Assembly (NCBI GenBank): GCA_002269645.1
Contig: NIVC01000440.1
Coordinates: forward strand, 372,001 to 436,000
Direction: 5' to 3'
DNA: 64,000 bases
From: Macrostomum lignano
Taxonomy: Eukaryota
Part shown: positions 11,810 through 24,734 of the stretch, one piece after another
Layout of the letters: the number at the start of each line of letters is the position of its first letter
Position numbering within the stretch: the first letter of the stretch is position 1
Translations under genes and position numbers: made by a program
The notes under the pieces: generated by a model
Database searches by the model: none
Told to the model about the DNA's origin: nothing
What the model saw: only the letters and a program-made list of their open reading frames with translations

Positions 11810-14800
11810 TTAGCTCTGTTGCCGGTAGAACAGAATGTACGCGGCTGCGCTGACGACATTGTCCGGCTCAATTTTCGACACTTGGTCGTCATCGAAACAG
11901 TGCCACTGATTGGTGGGCGCATTCAAGCAGGCGGCAGTGTAGTGGCCGCAGTCCGCTCGGCCGTAGTGATTGCACACCCCGTACAGGTTGTACACGCGTC
12001 TGAAATGTGTATTCAGAAACTTAATTGCAACTATAAAGAAGATAAAAATAGTGGGTCGGGATAGAGAGGGAAGCAGAGTTTTAATTTACAGATACTACTA
12101 CCATATGTAGGATGAATTCTTAGGTATCTACTATTGGGTTGTAGCCCAGTGGTTAGAGCGTTGGACTCGCGTCTGAAAGGTCGGGGGTTCGATTCTCGAC
12201 CCACTTGGACTGAACAGCCGTACGCAGCCTTCAGATGCGCCGCGCAATAGCCCATTAGGGCAGGTGTAATCAATTAGTATTATTATAAGGATAAAGATAA
12301 TAGAAACTACAAAATCAAAGTTAGGGTAGAGAAATTCAAGCAGTTTTTTCAATTTATAAATTTAATTCATCGATGCCTGTGTTTTAATTGACCTAAGCCA
12401 CGAAGCGTCCCATATAGTCGTTTTCAGAGTCGTTGCAGGTAACACAGGTAAAATAGGTAAGAAGTGACTCTAGACGACTCTAAAATGACGAGATGTCATG
12501 ACGAGAGTCACTAGTGAGTTGTTTGCAATGACTCTTTTAGCGATTCTTGTCACGGGTAAATGACCAGATGCAATGTGGGGCGGTTTTGTTGATCAACTCG
12601 ATGGATGATGCACAATGATGAAAAAGCAACCAGCCACACCTGTTGGATTTGAGCGCCTGATTGCGGCAGAACCGATCGAGATCCAAGCCTGCAACCGGGA
12701 ACTTCACCAGACTGGAAATCTTTTTGCCGCCGTCGTAGCCGCGAAATCGTTTCAGATGCACCAGCAGGCAGGGCGGCAGGCGCCAGACATCCAGCTGCTT
12801 GGTGGCGTCCCGTCGGCTGTCGCAGGCCGGGCAGAGCCACTGGCAGGCGCCCGTCAGCTGCTCGGGCTGGAGGAACGCCTCCAGGCAGTCCTGGATTGAA
12901 GAGTTTGACAGTGTCGCTGATTTTTTGTGGACCGCCTGTGCAGCTCTCGACCCCGTTTGCACTTCTATGCTCCTCTGTGCTGCCTCGCTTCTAGCCCTAC
13001 CTTCCGTTATCTACCCATCTACCCTCGCTTCTAGCCCTACCTTCCGTTATCTACCCATCTACCCTCGCTTCTAGCCCTACCTTCCGTTATCTACCCATCT
13101 ACTCTCGCTTCTAGCCCTACCTTCCGTTATCTACCCATCTACCCTCGCTTCTATCCCTACCTTCCGTTATCTACCCATCTACTCTCGCTTCTAGCCCTAC
13201 CTTCCGTTATCTACCCATCTACCCTCGCTTCTATCCCTACCTTCCGTTATCTACCCATCTACCCTCGCTTCTAGCCCTACCTTCCGTTATCTACCCATCT
13301 ACTCTCGCTTCTAGCCCTACCTTCCGTTATCTACCCATCTACTCTCGCTTCTTTATCCCTCAATCTACTTCCCCTTATCCAACCCTCCACTTCCTCTTAT
13401 CCAACCCTCCACTTTCTCTTATCCAACCCTCCACTTCCTCTTATCCAACCCTCCACTTTCTCTTATCCAACCCTCCACTTCCTCTTATCCAACCCTCCAC
13501 TTCCTCTTATCCAACCCTCCACTTCCTCTTATCCAATCCTTGACTTCCCCTTATCCAACCCTCCACTTTCTCTTATCCAACCCTCGACTTCCCCTGATAA
13601 AAAAATCATTCCGGCCAAGACGGCAGTTTTCACTCACATTAAGCGAACAATCGAAATTGTCCACAACCGGCACACTGCAGTACATAAAGGCCTCGTAAGT
13701 GACAGACGAGTGCTGGCAGTGCTGGCAGGTGAGGGTAGACTTGAGCTGGCCCTGCAGCGTAAGAATATGATATTTATATGGTATATATAGACACAAAACT
13801 TATCTGAAATTTGGAGTATTATCAATGCTTTATTAACCAAATATGGGCTAATATTATCTAAGGTATTTGAATATAGCCAAACTATCTGGGTTAGAAATAC
13901 ATCTACAAGCATTGCTAAGATCATTTTAGCGCCACAGGCACTCATTTTAGCGCCACAAGCACTCGTTTTTAGCGCCGCAGGCACTCATTTTAGCGCCACA
14001 GGCACTCATTGTAGCGCCACAGGCACTCGTTTTTAGCGCCGCAGGACTCATTTTAGCGCCACAGGCACTCATTGTAGCGCCACAGGCACTCATTGTAGCG
14101 CCACGGGAACTCATTTTGGCGCCGAAGGCATTTCTTTTAGCGCCACAGGCACTCATTTTAGCGCCACAGGAACTCATTTTGGCGCCGAAGGCATTTCTTT
14201 TAGCGCCACAGGAACTCATTTCAGCGCCACAGGCACTCATTTTTAGCGCCACAGGCACTCATTTTTAGCGCCACAGGCACTCATTTTAGCGCCGCAGGCA
14301 CTCATTTAAGCGAAGCAGGCACTCATTTTTGCGCCGCAGGCACTCATTTTAGCGCTATATTGTGGCGCCCTGAAGAGAAATTATTAATTACCAAAACGAG
14401 TCACAAGGTGGAGGTGGGGGGACAAAGCATTGGCATGTCCCTTCCTCATAGCTTTTACTGGAGGGCATATGTCCCTTCTGTCCACCCCCCCCCTGGTGGC
14501 GACGCGCCTGAATATAGCATTATATACAGATAGTAACCAGCGCAAATCACCTGGAACAGGTCCACAAAAATGCTGTCATTGGTTTGCCTGTGCGCCCTCC
14601 AAGCCAGGCTGGCCTCGAGATCCTCCTGGTGCTGCTGCTGGCCCGGAGCTGTCGACTCCACGCTGTTCACCTCCAAGGACGCCGACGAACTCTCGAATGC
14701 CTTGCCAGTCGAACGCCGGTTGAAATCTTCGTGCATGCCGTCGAGCAGGAAGAGCAGAAACTCCTGCGCATCCTGCTGCTCCTGACCGCCTTCGAAAGTG

Positions 14801-17800
14801 GAACCGGCGGCATAGCGACCCACAGCCGTCAGGATGCCGGCGGGGCTCACGCTGGCGAACGCGCCGCACCACAGCGCCCGGCAGAGCTTCGAGAAGCTCG
14901 CGGCGATGTTCAGCTGGCGTGCCTTTCTGCTGTCGGCGTCGTCCAAGACGGCATCGGAGTCTGCGGATTTCGACGATGCAGCGGAACCCTCGTTGGCAGG
15001 TGGTTCCGGAGGCCTGTTGTTAGTAGATTGGCTAGATTAGCAATCCATTCTGCAGATTGGCTAGCTAGCTCACTTGTACCCCGATGACCTTCACTTGTGC
15101 TCCTATGACCTTCAGTTGTGCCCCAACACCTTAACTTGTGCTTCTATGACCTTTATTTGTGCCCCATGACCTTTGATTGTGGTCCATGACCTTTACTTGT
15201 ACCCATGGTCATACGACCTTCGCTTGTGCTCCGACGAACTTAATTTGTGCTCCTATGACCTTCACTTGTACCCATACGACCTTCACATGTGCCCTATGAC
15301 CTTCACTAGATGCAATCCATTCTGCATATTGGCTAGATTAGCAGCCGATTCTGCAGATTTGCTAGATTAGCAATCCATTTGATAGATTGGCTAGATTAGC
15401 AATCCATTCTGCAGATTGGCTAGATTAGCAATCCATTCTGCAGATTGGCTAGATTAGCAATCCATTTGATAGATTGGCTAGATTAGCAATCCATTCTGCA
15501 GATTGGCTAGATTAGCAATCCATTCTGCAGATTGGCTAGATTAGCAATCCATTTGATAGATTGGCTAGATTAGCAATCCATTCTGCAGATTGGCTAGATT
15601 AGCTATCCATTTGATAGATTGGCTAGATTAGCAATCCATTCTGCAGATTGGCTAGATTAGCAATCCATTTGATAGATTAGCTAGATTAGCAATCCATTCT
15701 AATCTGTCAACTTACTGAGCTAGAAAGTGCGTTGCCAATAATACGGTATTGCTGAGACATTGCAGCACGCAGTTTGCATAGCAACTGTTGCCAAGGTTAC
15801 GCAGTCCGGTCAGACCAGGACTTGTTGACAGTCGATTTGGCGACAGCTGGTCGAGAGTCTCTTGATCGAAGCTGTTTATGACGGCGCTGTGATTGGCCAG
15901 GATCTGCGATAGAGACTGGCCGGTTTGCGGCCGACTGCAATGTATTATTAATGGTCAACGTTATCGGTTTGAAAGACTTAAAATACTCTTTTAGACAGAC
16001 ATTCATGTTTTTAGCATGCAGCTCTTATAGTTACGTTATCCAACAGTCCCGCAGTCCCAACCATCAATTATCCTACAGTCCCGCAGTCCCAGCCATCAGT
16101 TATCCTACAGTCCCGCAGTCCCAGCCATCAGTTATCCTACAGTCCCGTAGTCCCAACCATCAGTTATCACACAGTCCCGCAGTCCCAACCATCAGTTATC
16201 CTACAGTCCCGCAGTCCCAGCCATCAGTTATCCTACAGTCCCGCAGTCCCAACCATCAGTTATCCTACAGTCCCGCAGTCCCAGCCATCAGTTATCCTAC
16301 AGTCCCGCAGTCCCAGCCATCAGTTATCCTACATTCCCGCAGTCCCAACCATCAGTTATCCCACAGTCCCGCAGTCCGAACAAGCAATCAATGAAACCAA
16401 AGCGCTCACGGGTCACGCGGTGCATCTTTAACGCGGACAGTTTCAGACTTGGCGCGACCTCCGCCGCCGCCCTCGAGGCTCAGCACCGCCACCAGCGGCT
16501 CGGAGGAATCGTCCAGCGATTCGTCAATCGGGCCGCTAACCGAGGCGTCCTCGGCCGGCCCGGCGTAGCTGGGATCGGTCACGATGGCCGGGTGCACGGC
16601 CGCTAGGCCCTGCAGTCCGGACACCAGATAGCGGAACGGTTGCGGCACCTGGCCGGAGCTTGTCGACGAAGATTTCGCCGCCTCGGACAGCACGGAGCAC
16701 AGGGCGGCGGCGCAGCTGCCAGGATCGCGGGCCAGACGCTCGCTGGCGCCGCGGTGCCAGGCAAGCACCAGCAACAGCACCAAGTCTTGCGGCGGTGGAC
16801 TGGCAATCGCGGCTCGCCAGGTGGCCAGCTGCTCCCGCGGCACCAGACGCTCCACCTGCTCCAGGCTGCAGCTGGGATTGGGATGGGGTGCGTTTCTGGG
16901 GAAATCAGCTGCGTGTGTTTGCGCGGATCTGGGAGGCTGGCCCGACAACTGGGGATCTGGGAGGCTGGTGGCTCAGCAACTAAGGAGCTGGGAGGCTGGC
17001 CCAGCAACTGAGGATCTGGGAGGCTGGCCCTGCAACTGGGGATCTAGGAGGCTGGCCCTGCAACTGGGGATCTGGGAGGCCGGCCCAGCAACTGAGGATC
17101 TGGGAGGCTGGCCCTGCAACTGGGGATCTGGGAGGCTGGCCCAGCAACTGGGGATCCCTCAGGAGCAGCACAGCAGCAAACAGGCGGCTAACCCAGGCGC
17201 AAAGTCCCTGCCGTCCAGACAGACCAGCCTGTCGTGCTTGAGCCGGCACACTGCCTTCTCGGCCGCGGGTCTCAGGTCGAACACAATTGCCGCGCCGCTG
17301 CCACCAGATCTGTCCAACGTCGGCAGAGTCAGCAGCCGGCGGGCAGCTGTGGCTTCGATCCCCAGCAGCCTCCTCTGATGGCTGGGCGTGGCCGACGTCT
17401 CCGCGGTGGCGACGCTACTGCCGCTACCACCGCCGCCTCCGCCGCCGCCGCCGAGTCCAGTTGGCTGCTCACGATCTGCTATGGCGAAATGGCGGGTCAG
17501 CGACTCGAATCCGCGCAACTCGTCAATTGTCCGGCTGGTTTTGTAGCTGGAAATTGCATTTGCGGTGTTGGGCGACTGGCCTGCAGACTGAGTTGTGCTC
17601 AATGCGGTGTAGGGTTTACCGGGAATTTGGGGTTCGGTTAATTAGGACTTAAAGAGGATGAAGTTTGAAGGCGTAGGGTGTAGGACTTAACGATAAGGAT
17701 TTGAGGATAAGGATTTAAGGATTTTGAGCTTGAGGAATTTGGATTTGAGGATGTGGGGTTTTGAGGATGCGGGATTTAAGGATGTAAGGTTTGAGGATTT

Positions 17801-20800
17801 TTTATTTGGGGATGTGGGATTTTAGGATGCGGGATTTGAGGATGTAAGGTTTGAGGATTTTTTATTTGGGGATGTGGGATTTTAGGATGCGGGATTTGAG
17901 GATGTAACGTTTGAGGATTTTTTCTTTGGGGATGTAGGATTTTAGGATGCGGGATTAGAGGATGTGAGGTTTGAGTATTTTTTATTTGGGGATGTGGGAC
18001 TTTAGGATGCGGGATTTAAGGATGTGAAGTTTGAGGATTTTAGATTTGAGGATGTGGGATCTTAGGATGTGGGATTTTAAGATGTGGGATTTTAGGATGA
18101 GGGATTTAAGGATGTGGGAGCTGAGGATATGGGATTTGAGGATGTGGGATTTGAGGATGTGGATTTGAGGATGTGGGATTTGAGGGTGTGGGATTTGAGG
18201 ATGTGGGATTTGAGGGTGTGGGATTTGAGGATGTGGGACTTGAGGATGTGGGACTTGAGGACGTGGGATAGTTGATATTGTGAATATTGTGAATTTATGA
18301 ATCTTAAAGTTTTAAGGGTATTCGAGGATGTGAAATTTTAAGAGAGATACGTGTATAAATAAAATGGGGTAAGAATGATAACTAATAATATTACTATGCA
18401 GGAAAAAGCCGAACTAAGCCCCATTTAAAGTACGCAACGCTTAAGCTTGTAAAGGGGTTAATTAGGTATATTGCAATATAAATGGCTGGTAAACAAAATG
18501 CGTAGAAAGCACACCCTGTAAAACTTGCTAGCAAGAGGAAAATGCCCAAATTAATAAAAAAACAGAGCCATGATAAATACAAAAGAGTCAGCAGTGTTAT
18601 TAATTAGACCAACACAATATTCTTCGCTTGTAGGGGCTGCATTTGGCCAAATATATAAATAGATTTTGCGCAATTAACCTGCTGCCACTGGTGCAACAGC
18701 GCACCTATTCTGCGCTGTACTGCGCTCAACTAATGCGCCTGATTGAAGCGTTTGGCTGATTATTGGTTCATGGCATTCTTGTAGATTCTATACATGGAAA
18801 TCACAACGACCAATCTAAGAAGGAGGGCGATGGAGGGCGAAGCTAAATATAGGGCCGATTCTAAGAATGGAATCTAAGGGATTCTAAGAATGGAATCTAA
18901 GGGATTCTAAGAATGGAATCTGGTGGATTCTAAGAATGGAATCTGGTGGATTCTAAGAATGGAATCTGGTGGATTCTAAGAATAGAATCTGGGGGATTCT
19001 AAGAATGGAATCTGAAGAATTCTAAGAATGGAATCTGGTGGATTCTAAGAATGGAATCTGGTGGATTCTAAGAATAGAATCTGGTGGATTCTAAGAATAG
19101 AATCTGGTGGATTCTAAGAATGGAATCTGGGCGATTCTAAGAATGGAATCTGGGCGATTCTAAGAATGGAATCTGGTAGATTCTAAGAATGGAATCTGGT
19201 GGATTCTAAGAATAGAATCTGGTGGATTCTAAGAATAGAATCTGGGGGATTCTAAGAATGGAATCTGGTGGATTCTAAGAATGGAATCTGGTGGATTCTA
19301 AGAATGGAATCTGGTGGATTCTAAGAATGGAATCTGGGCGATTCTAAGAATGGAATCTGGTAGATTGTAAGAATGGAATCTGGGGGATTCTAAGAATGCA
19401 ATCTAGGGGATTCTTAGAATGTAATCTGGTGGATTCTAAGAATGGAATCTGGTAGATTCTAAGAACTCAATCTAGGGGATTCTTAGAATGTAATCTGGTG
19501 GATTCTAAGAATTCAATCTGGGGGATTCTAAGAATGGAATCTGGGGGATTCTAAGAATGGAATCTGGGGGATTCTAAGAATGGAATCTGGTGGATTCTAA
19601 GAATGGAATCTGGTGGATTCTAAGAATGGAATCTGGGGGATTCTAAGAATGGAATCTGGAGGATTCTAAGAATGGAATCTGGTGGATTCTAAGAATGGAA
19701 TCTGGGGGATTCTAAGAATGGAATCTGGAGGATTCTAAGAATGGAATCTGGTGGATTCTAAGAATGGAATCTGGTAGATTGTAAGAATGGAATCTGGTGG
19801 ATTCTAAGAATGGAATCTGGTGGATTCTAAGAATGGAATCTGGGGGATTCTAAGAATGGAATCTGGTGGATTCTAAGAATGGAATCTGGTAGATTCTAAG
19901 AACTCAATCTAGGGGATTCTTAGAATGTAATCTGGTGGATTCTAAGAATTCAATCTGGGGGATTCTAAGAATGAAATCTGGTAGATTGTAAGAATAGAAT
20001 CTGGGGGATTCTAAGAATGGAATCTGGTGGATTCTAAAAATGGAATCTGGAGGATTCTAAGAATGGAATCTGATGGACTCTAAGAATGGAATGTGGTGGA
20101 TTCTAAGAATGGAATCTGGGGGATTCTAAGAATGGAATCTGGTGGACTCTAAGAATGGAATCTGGGCGATTCTAAGAATGGAATCTGGTAGATTCTAAGA
20201 ATGGAATCCGGTGGATTCTAAGAATGGAATCTGGGGGATTCTAAGAATGGAATCTGGGGGATTCTAAGAATGGAATCTGGTGGACTCTAAGAATGGAATC
20301 TGGTGGATTCTAAGAATGGAATCTGGGGGATTCTAAGAATGGAATCTGGTAGATTGTAAGAATGGAATCTGGTGGATTCTAAGAATGGAATCTGGTAGAT
20401 TCTAAGAATGGAATCTGGGGGATTCTAAGAATGGAATCTGGTGGATTCTAAGAATGGAATCTGGGGATTCTAAGAATGGAATCTGGTAGATTGTAAGAAT
20501 GTGAACAGAGGCAATTCTAGGAGTAGGGTTAGAAGACAGCTTAGAAGATGAGGAGCGAAGGGTTAGAAGAACAGCTGTGTCAATTATATAAATTTGGCTA
20601 ACGGACAATTCTAAGACTGAATCAGGTGCATGCTCATGTCGAGTCGGTGGAATGAAGAGTATTGACACTCACCGACTATTCAGTCGTTCGGCGAGTGTCT
20701 CAACCTGAGTTCTAGCCTGCATCAGCTCTTCATCGTACTTGGACGGAACGGCCTTATTGAAATTCGGCATGCCGGATATCCTGTTGTGCACCAGAAGCAT

Positions 20801-21094
20801 CCGCATGTACAAGACGTAGGCTCGCTCCTCATCTCGTTCAACATGAAAGTACTTTTCCGCTGCGCTGAACAAATTGCCCAACAGTTTCATGCCCACAGCT
20901 GCACTGCCAACTGCGTGCACTGTGTAGGCTGCGCGCCGATTCAAATCGTTTACCGATCGGCCGAAATGCAGCGGCAACGGCTGCAGCGATGACTTGCGAG
21001 TTGATGCCGTCTTTGCTGGCATTAGCAACTGCTCAGACTGCGGCTGCTGCTGCTGCTGCTGCTGATCCTGCGGCTGCCGCGGCGGTTGACTCAT
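11810..21094 (-). CDS. USP8: Ubiquitin carboxyl-terminal hydrolase 8-like (824 aa, 8 exons)
   Basis: Exons 21094-20673, 17546-17193, 16871-16410, 15934-15716, 15013-14551, 13751-13638, 12890-12640 and 11999-11810 total 2475 nt in frame, all GT-AG. N-terminal [12 protein letters not shown] (USP8 MIT/dimer domain), rhodanese-like segment, Cys box [31 protein letters not shown], His box NHYG..CGHYTA, FDD. Confidence 0.9.
12136..12270 (+). mobile_element. tRNA-derived SINE, copy with central domain deleted (USP8 intron 7)
   Basis: A box TAGCCCAGTGG, B box GGTTCGATTC; tail CTGAACAGCCGTACGCAGCCTTCAGATGCGCCGCGCAATAGC shared with the copies at 39535 and 54569. Confidence 0.85.
12983..13590. repeat. 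Two adjacent minisatellites (39 nt CTCGCTTCTAGCCCTACCTTCCGTTATCTACCCATCTAC; 22 nt CCAACCCTCCACTTCCTCTTAT) in USP8 intron 6
   Basis: Arrays at ~12983-13352 and ~13375-13590. Confidence 0.93.
13922..14510 (-). mobile_element. MITE copy with internal unit amplified into a 20-21 nt minisatellite (TTTTAGCGCCACAGGCACTCA)
   Basis: The reverse complement of 14510-14360 aligns with the left end of the MITE at 50706 (CAGG.GCGTCGCCACC.GGGGGGG..GGGACATAT..CAGTAAAAGCTATG). Array at 13922-14360; second TIR not found. Confidence 0.7.
15083..15700. repeat. Two minisatellites in USP8 intron 4 (ATGACCTTCACTTGTGCTCCT family; 29 nt GATTGGCTAGATTAGCAATCCATTCTGCA)
   Basis: Arrays at ~15083-15305 and ~15305-15700. 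Confidence 0.92.
16034..16376. repeat. 32 nt minisatellite CAGTCCCGCAGTCCCAGCCATCAGTTATCCTA in USP8 intron 3
   Basis: About 10 tandem units. Confidence 0.94.
16927..17157 (-). repeat. ~28 nt minisatellite (CCAGCCTCCCAGATCCTCAGTTGCTGGG family) in USP8 intron 2
   Basis: About 8 units; same family at 33572-34120 and 52483-52986. Confidence 0.93.
17690..18270. repeat. 15 nt minisatellite GAGGATGTGGGATTT in USP8 intron 1
   Basis: Degenerate tandem array with local higher-order repeats. Confidence 0.9.
18851..20500. repeat. 23 nt minisatellite GGATTCTAAGAATGGAATCTGGT in USP8 intron 1
   Basis: About 70 tandem units. Confidence 0.96.
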
Positions 21095-21346
21095 TTCTTT
21101 GTTAATGCTAGCAGCTGCCCAGGTGTTAAACAGCTGGAGAAATACAGAGCTTTGTTATTATTTATTTACTCAATCACTAATCTATGCGACTATATCGTTC
21201 GAGATGATTATTGTTAAGTGATTTATAATTTAATATTTTGAACAAACTCCAGCTATGTCTATGGCTGCAACATGCTTGTTTGTGTTGAACTTCTAAATTT
21301 AGAATCATCACTAGTCTCACATCACTGATCACTAATTTAAGAATCA

Positions 21347-21347
21347 C

Positions 21348-21430
<83 letters not shown>

Positions 21431-21431
21431 C

Positions 21432-21475
<44 letters not shown>

Positions 21476-21476
21476 C
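21347..21476. repeat. (GATA)n microsatellite
   Basis: About 32 GATA units upstream of USP8. Confidence 0.97.
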
Positions 21477-21789
21477 TCCTGGGGCCCAATTGTTGTGAGC
21501 AATTCAAGCGACAAGTTAAAATAAATAAAGACCATCGATGCACAGAAGATTGATGTTTTTGTGGAGGAGTGGTGGCCTTCTTTCTAAGTTATTGCTACCA
21601 ATGCGTTTTATTGTTTAATCCAAATAGAAGTGTGAAATAGACGTGTAAGGTGATAAAAAAACTGTTTTAACGGTAGAACTATTAAGGGTGATTGTCCAGC
21701 AGTTGTAGTTTGTAGCAGTAGAAGCTTGATAAGAAAAATCTGACATAGTTGCAACAGGATGATAGTCGCCTGGGTGTCATCTGTGAAAA

Positions 21790-22050
21790 ATTTATACAGC
21801 GTCGGGGTGACGACTGAATGCTCAAGAGACCACCTAAGGATGTCCGGCAGTTGAGGTTTGCCCACTGCCAAGGCTTGATCAGCGAAACTAGAGAAATTCG
21901 CATCAGGGTGTCCAATGTCACCTAGTGCCACCTGTTGAAAGTCCAGAAGCTCCGCCTGGGTGCAAGCCAGTGATCAACGAAGGCAGAGCTGATGCAGACA
22001 CATGCGGTCGACGCGCTGATGAACTTTGGAGGCTCGGCAAATTTGTACCT
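21790..22050. repeat. Dispersed repeat fragment, homologous to 51760-51880 in opposite orientation
   Basis: Shared blocks CATGTGTCTGCATCAG (rc of 21989-22004 = 51782-51797) and GTTTCGCTGATCAAGCCT; class not determined. Confidence 0.6.
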
Positions 22051-24020
22051 CAAGGCGCAGTGCTGATTGGCGCATAGGGGTACTGAATACACTGGTGCTT
22101 ATGGAAAAAAATCCGACCTTCTGGCAGCATCGTTAAAGTATGGAGGGCTGGCCACTTTGATTCTTGTTTGAGAAGGTGCGCAAAAAAGATAGCCCCTTGG
22201 TATGGAATAGTTTGGCTTGGTATAGAATAGATGTAATAGAGTGGAATAGATGACAAGCGCATACTCAGCAGTCTAGTCTAATTATGAAAATAAATTGAAA
22301 TAACACATAATCAGAATATACTCAAACCTTTTATGTGATCATTTATTTTAGTGTCAGTAGACACTTTCTAGTCTATCTGCTAGTTTTAACAGTCTATAGC
22401 TTGAATTAATGCCTGGAATTAGCTAGGATGGCTAGGCCAGTTTTCACTGCTCACTGTCACTGCTCAATGAATCATCAAACTGTTTCAAGTGATTTGGGCT
22501 TGCATGCAAATTCTAGCATTGTGTTTTTTGCATTGCCAGGGTTGCATCAGCCAAAATGCACTTTGGTGGTCCTAGGTCCCTGAGACAGTTTTAAATTTTA
22601 CCCCCTATACACCTGATCTTATAATTTTTCATAGCTCTATAGTAAAAAATTAACCTAAATGTACTCACATGTACCTATCATGGTAGATAGTTAATAATGT
22701 CCATGGAAGAATAATTATAAAATATTTTTTTTTCTAATGGCCAAGACCCAAAGTTGGGTCTTATTCTAAATGAGCCAAAGCATGCTTTTTTCCATTGATG
22801 ACTTAGATATAGGATTATAGTCTAGTAAGTCTTATCAAAGTAGAAAACTAATTATTTAACATAAAAAGAATATGGTTTGCACATGTTATTTTGCTAAAAT
22901 GATAATGGTAATTATGATATAGTCTATTATTGGTAAGAATCTAAACTTATTAAAGTTTTTTTAAAGCAACACATCAATAAAGTAAAAATAAAGTGAAAAT
23001 TGTGATAAATCGAAGGCTAGTTTTGGTAGATTAAAAATTATTAGGTAATAATATTGCAAGTAAGTAGTTAGTTTAAATGTATACCTTTGAAAACTCAATC
23101 TTTTCTTTAGCCTATATCTTTCTAGCAATCTACTAATGCTTACCCTACTTGTAGAGTAGTAAAATGCCTACTTTTACACATTAAACAAGAATTTAGCATG
23201 CAATGAAGAATTTCTAGGCGATTTTTGCAAATCATAAGCAAGGTTCTATCTATTTTTTTGCAAAATCTGCCAAAATATAGGCTATAGCTAATTGAAACAA
23301 TTTATAGATGTAATGTGTAATATAATATATTGTATTCTACAGCTTTAAAATTTTTATTTGCATAAAATTTGACACCTTTATTATAGATATAGCATTCTTA
23401 TTGACTACAACAAGAGATAATAAGAATGCCACAAAATAATTACTGTCATAAACAGGCCCAATTTTAAATATTTGCACAAAATAAATTAAACTAACAATCT
23501 GTTAATAGCTAAAAAAGCAACATAAGAAAGAAGAAATAAATACCTAAATGAGTTCTATTGAAATTTTAACTGCAAGCAGGTCTGCTTCAGAAATTCAGAA
23601 TGACAAGAAGTCAGAAGAGTGGGGTAATAATTATAACTGTCTGTAGTATCCCCATCCCTTGTCGCGTGATGCAAGACTTAAGTCTATCCAGACCTTATGA
23701 TTTGTCTATGACCTTGTGTATGAGCTGATCGGCTTTAATCGACTTTAATCCAATAAGCTTGTGCGGAATGAACTTCACATTGTAGTATGTTTATAGAAAC
23801 AGTTGATTAAAATAGTTACTGCGCGAAAATTATTATCAGTTTGAAAAGTTGTTCGATAACAATATAAGCTAAACTCTAAAAACATGTTATAATATTAAGA
23901 AAGGATAAAAAATGCTAAATCTTGCAGCTCAGTGTGTATATTTTATAGTAAGAATTAATAAGAGCATTGGTAAAAGCGTTTTGTTTAATTGATTGTTTAT
24001 TCATGGGCCGCTCGCGGTCT

Positions 24021-24372
24021 GGGTCTCCCTAAAACACGCACCGCACCGCCCCGACCGCTACACATTATAACATTTTTGTCAATGCAGTATTTTTCTTGCA
24101 AAGAAAACTATTTGTTGTAAGAGTAACAGAATAATTAACTTTATTTATTACCTTAAATATTATTACTATTTTTCATATTCTCGTTTGCATTATTAAATTA
24201 AATTAATATCACTTATTATACATCGAATTTAATATTTCACAGTAAAAAAACTAAATTTTATAAAAGCTTAAAGCTTAGCATAAAATGCATTTTGAAATGT
24301 CTTCAGTTATAGTCTAATTTGTTTTAACGTGTAGCGCTGTGGGGCGGGGCGGTGCGTGTTTTAGGGAGACCC
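24021..24372. mobile_element. 352 bp MITE with ~43 bp TIRs
   Basis: TIRs GGGTCTCCCTAAAACACGCACCGC..CGCTACAC at both ends; perfect flanking duplication GCGGTCT (24014-24020, 24373-24379). Confidence 0.85.
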
Positions 24373-24445
24373 CGCGGTCTTTAGAAACTGCGCACATCCG
24401 TAACGATTGTACGTGCTCGTACGTCAACTAGGACGACGCAATGGC

Positions 24446-24734
24446 GGTAATGGCTAGAGTTCCGGCACCGGAACCCGTTTTCTAACAGCTAGGGATCCGG
24501 CAGTGCCGTATAGAAGCATATAAAGACTGCTAAGAACATATCTAAGAAGTCTGGATATTACAAGCATCTCGTCCCGAATCTTATCATATTGTCTTAAATT
24601 TTAATCTAGAACAAAATCTCAATATCAGCCACATGTAGAAAGAAAAATATAATGTTCCATCTATATTATAATGGCACTGCCGGATCCGTAGCCATTAGAA
24701 AATGGGTTCCAGTGCCGAAACTCTAGCCATTGCC
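24446..24734. mobile_element. 289 bp MITE, Mutator/Merlin-like
   Basis: ~62 bp imperfect TIRs GG(T/C)AATGGCTAGAGTT..GGATCCGGCAGTGCC; 9 bp flanks CGCAATGGC/TGCAAAGGC (7/9). Confidence 0.75.

Noticed and set aside
12136-12210. tRNA gene (also 39740-39810 and 54569-54645)
   Set aside because: A/B boxes are present but there is no complete cloverleaf, and each is fused to a shared SINE body.
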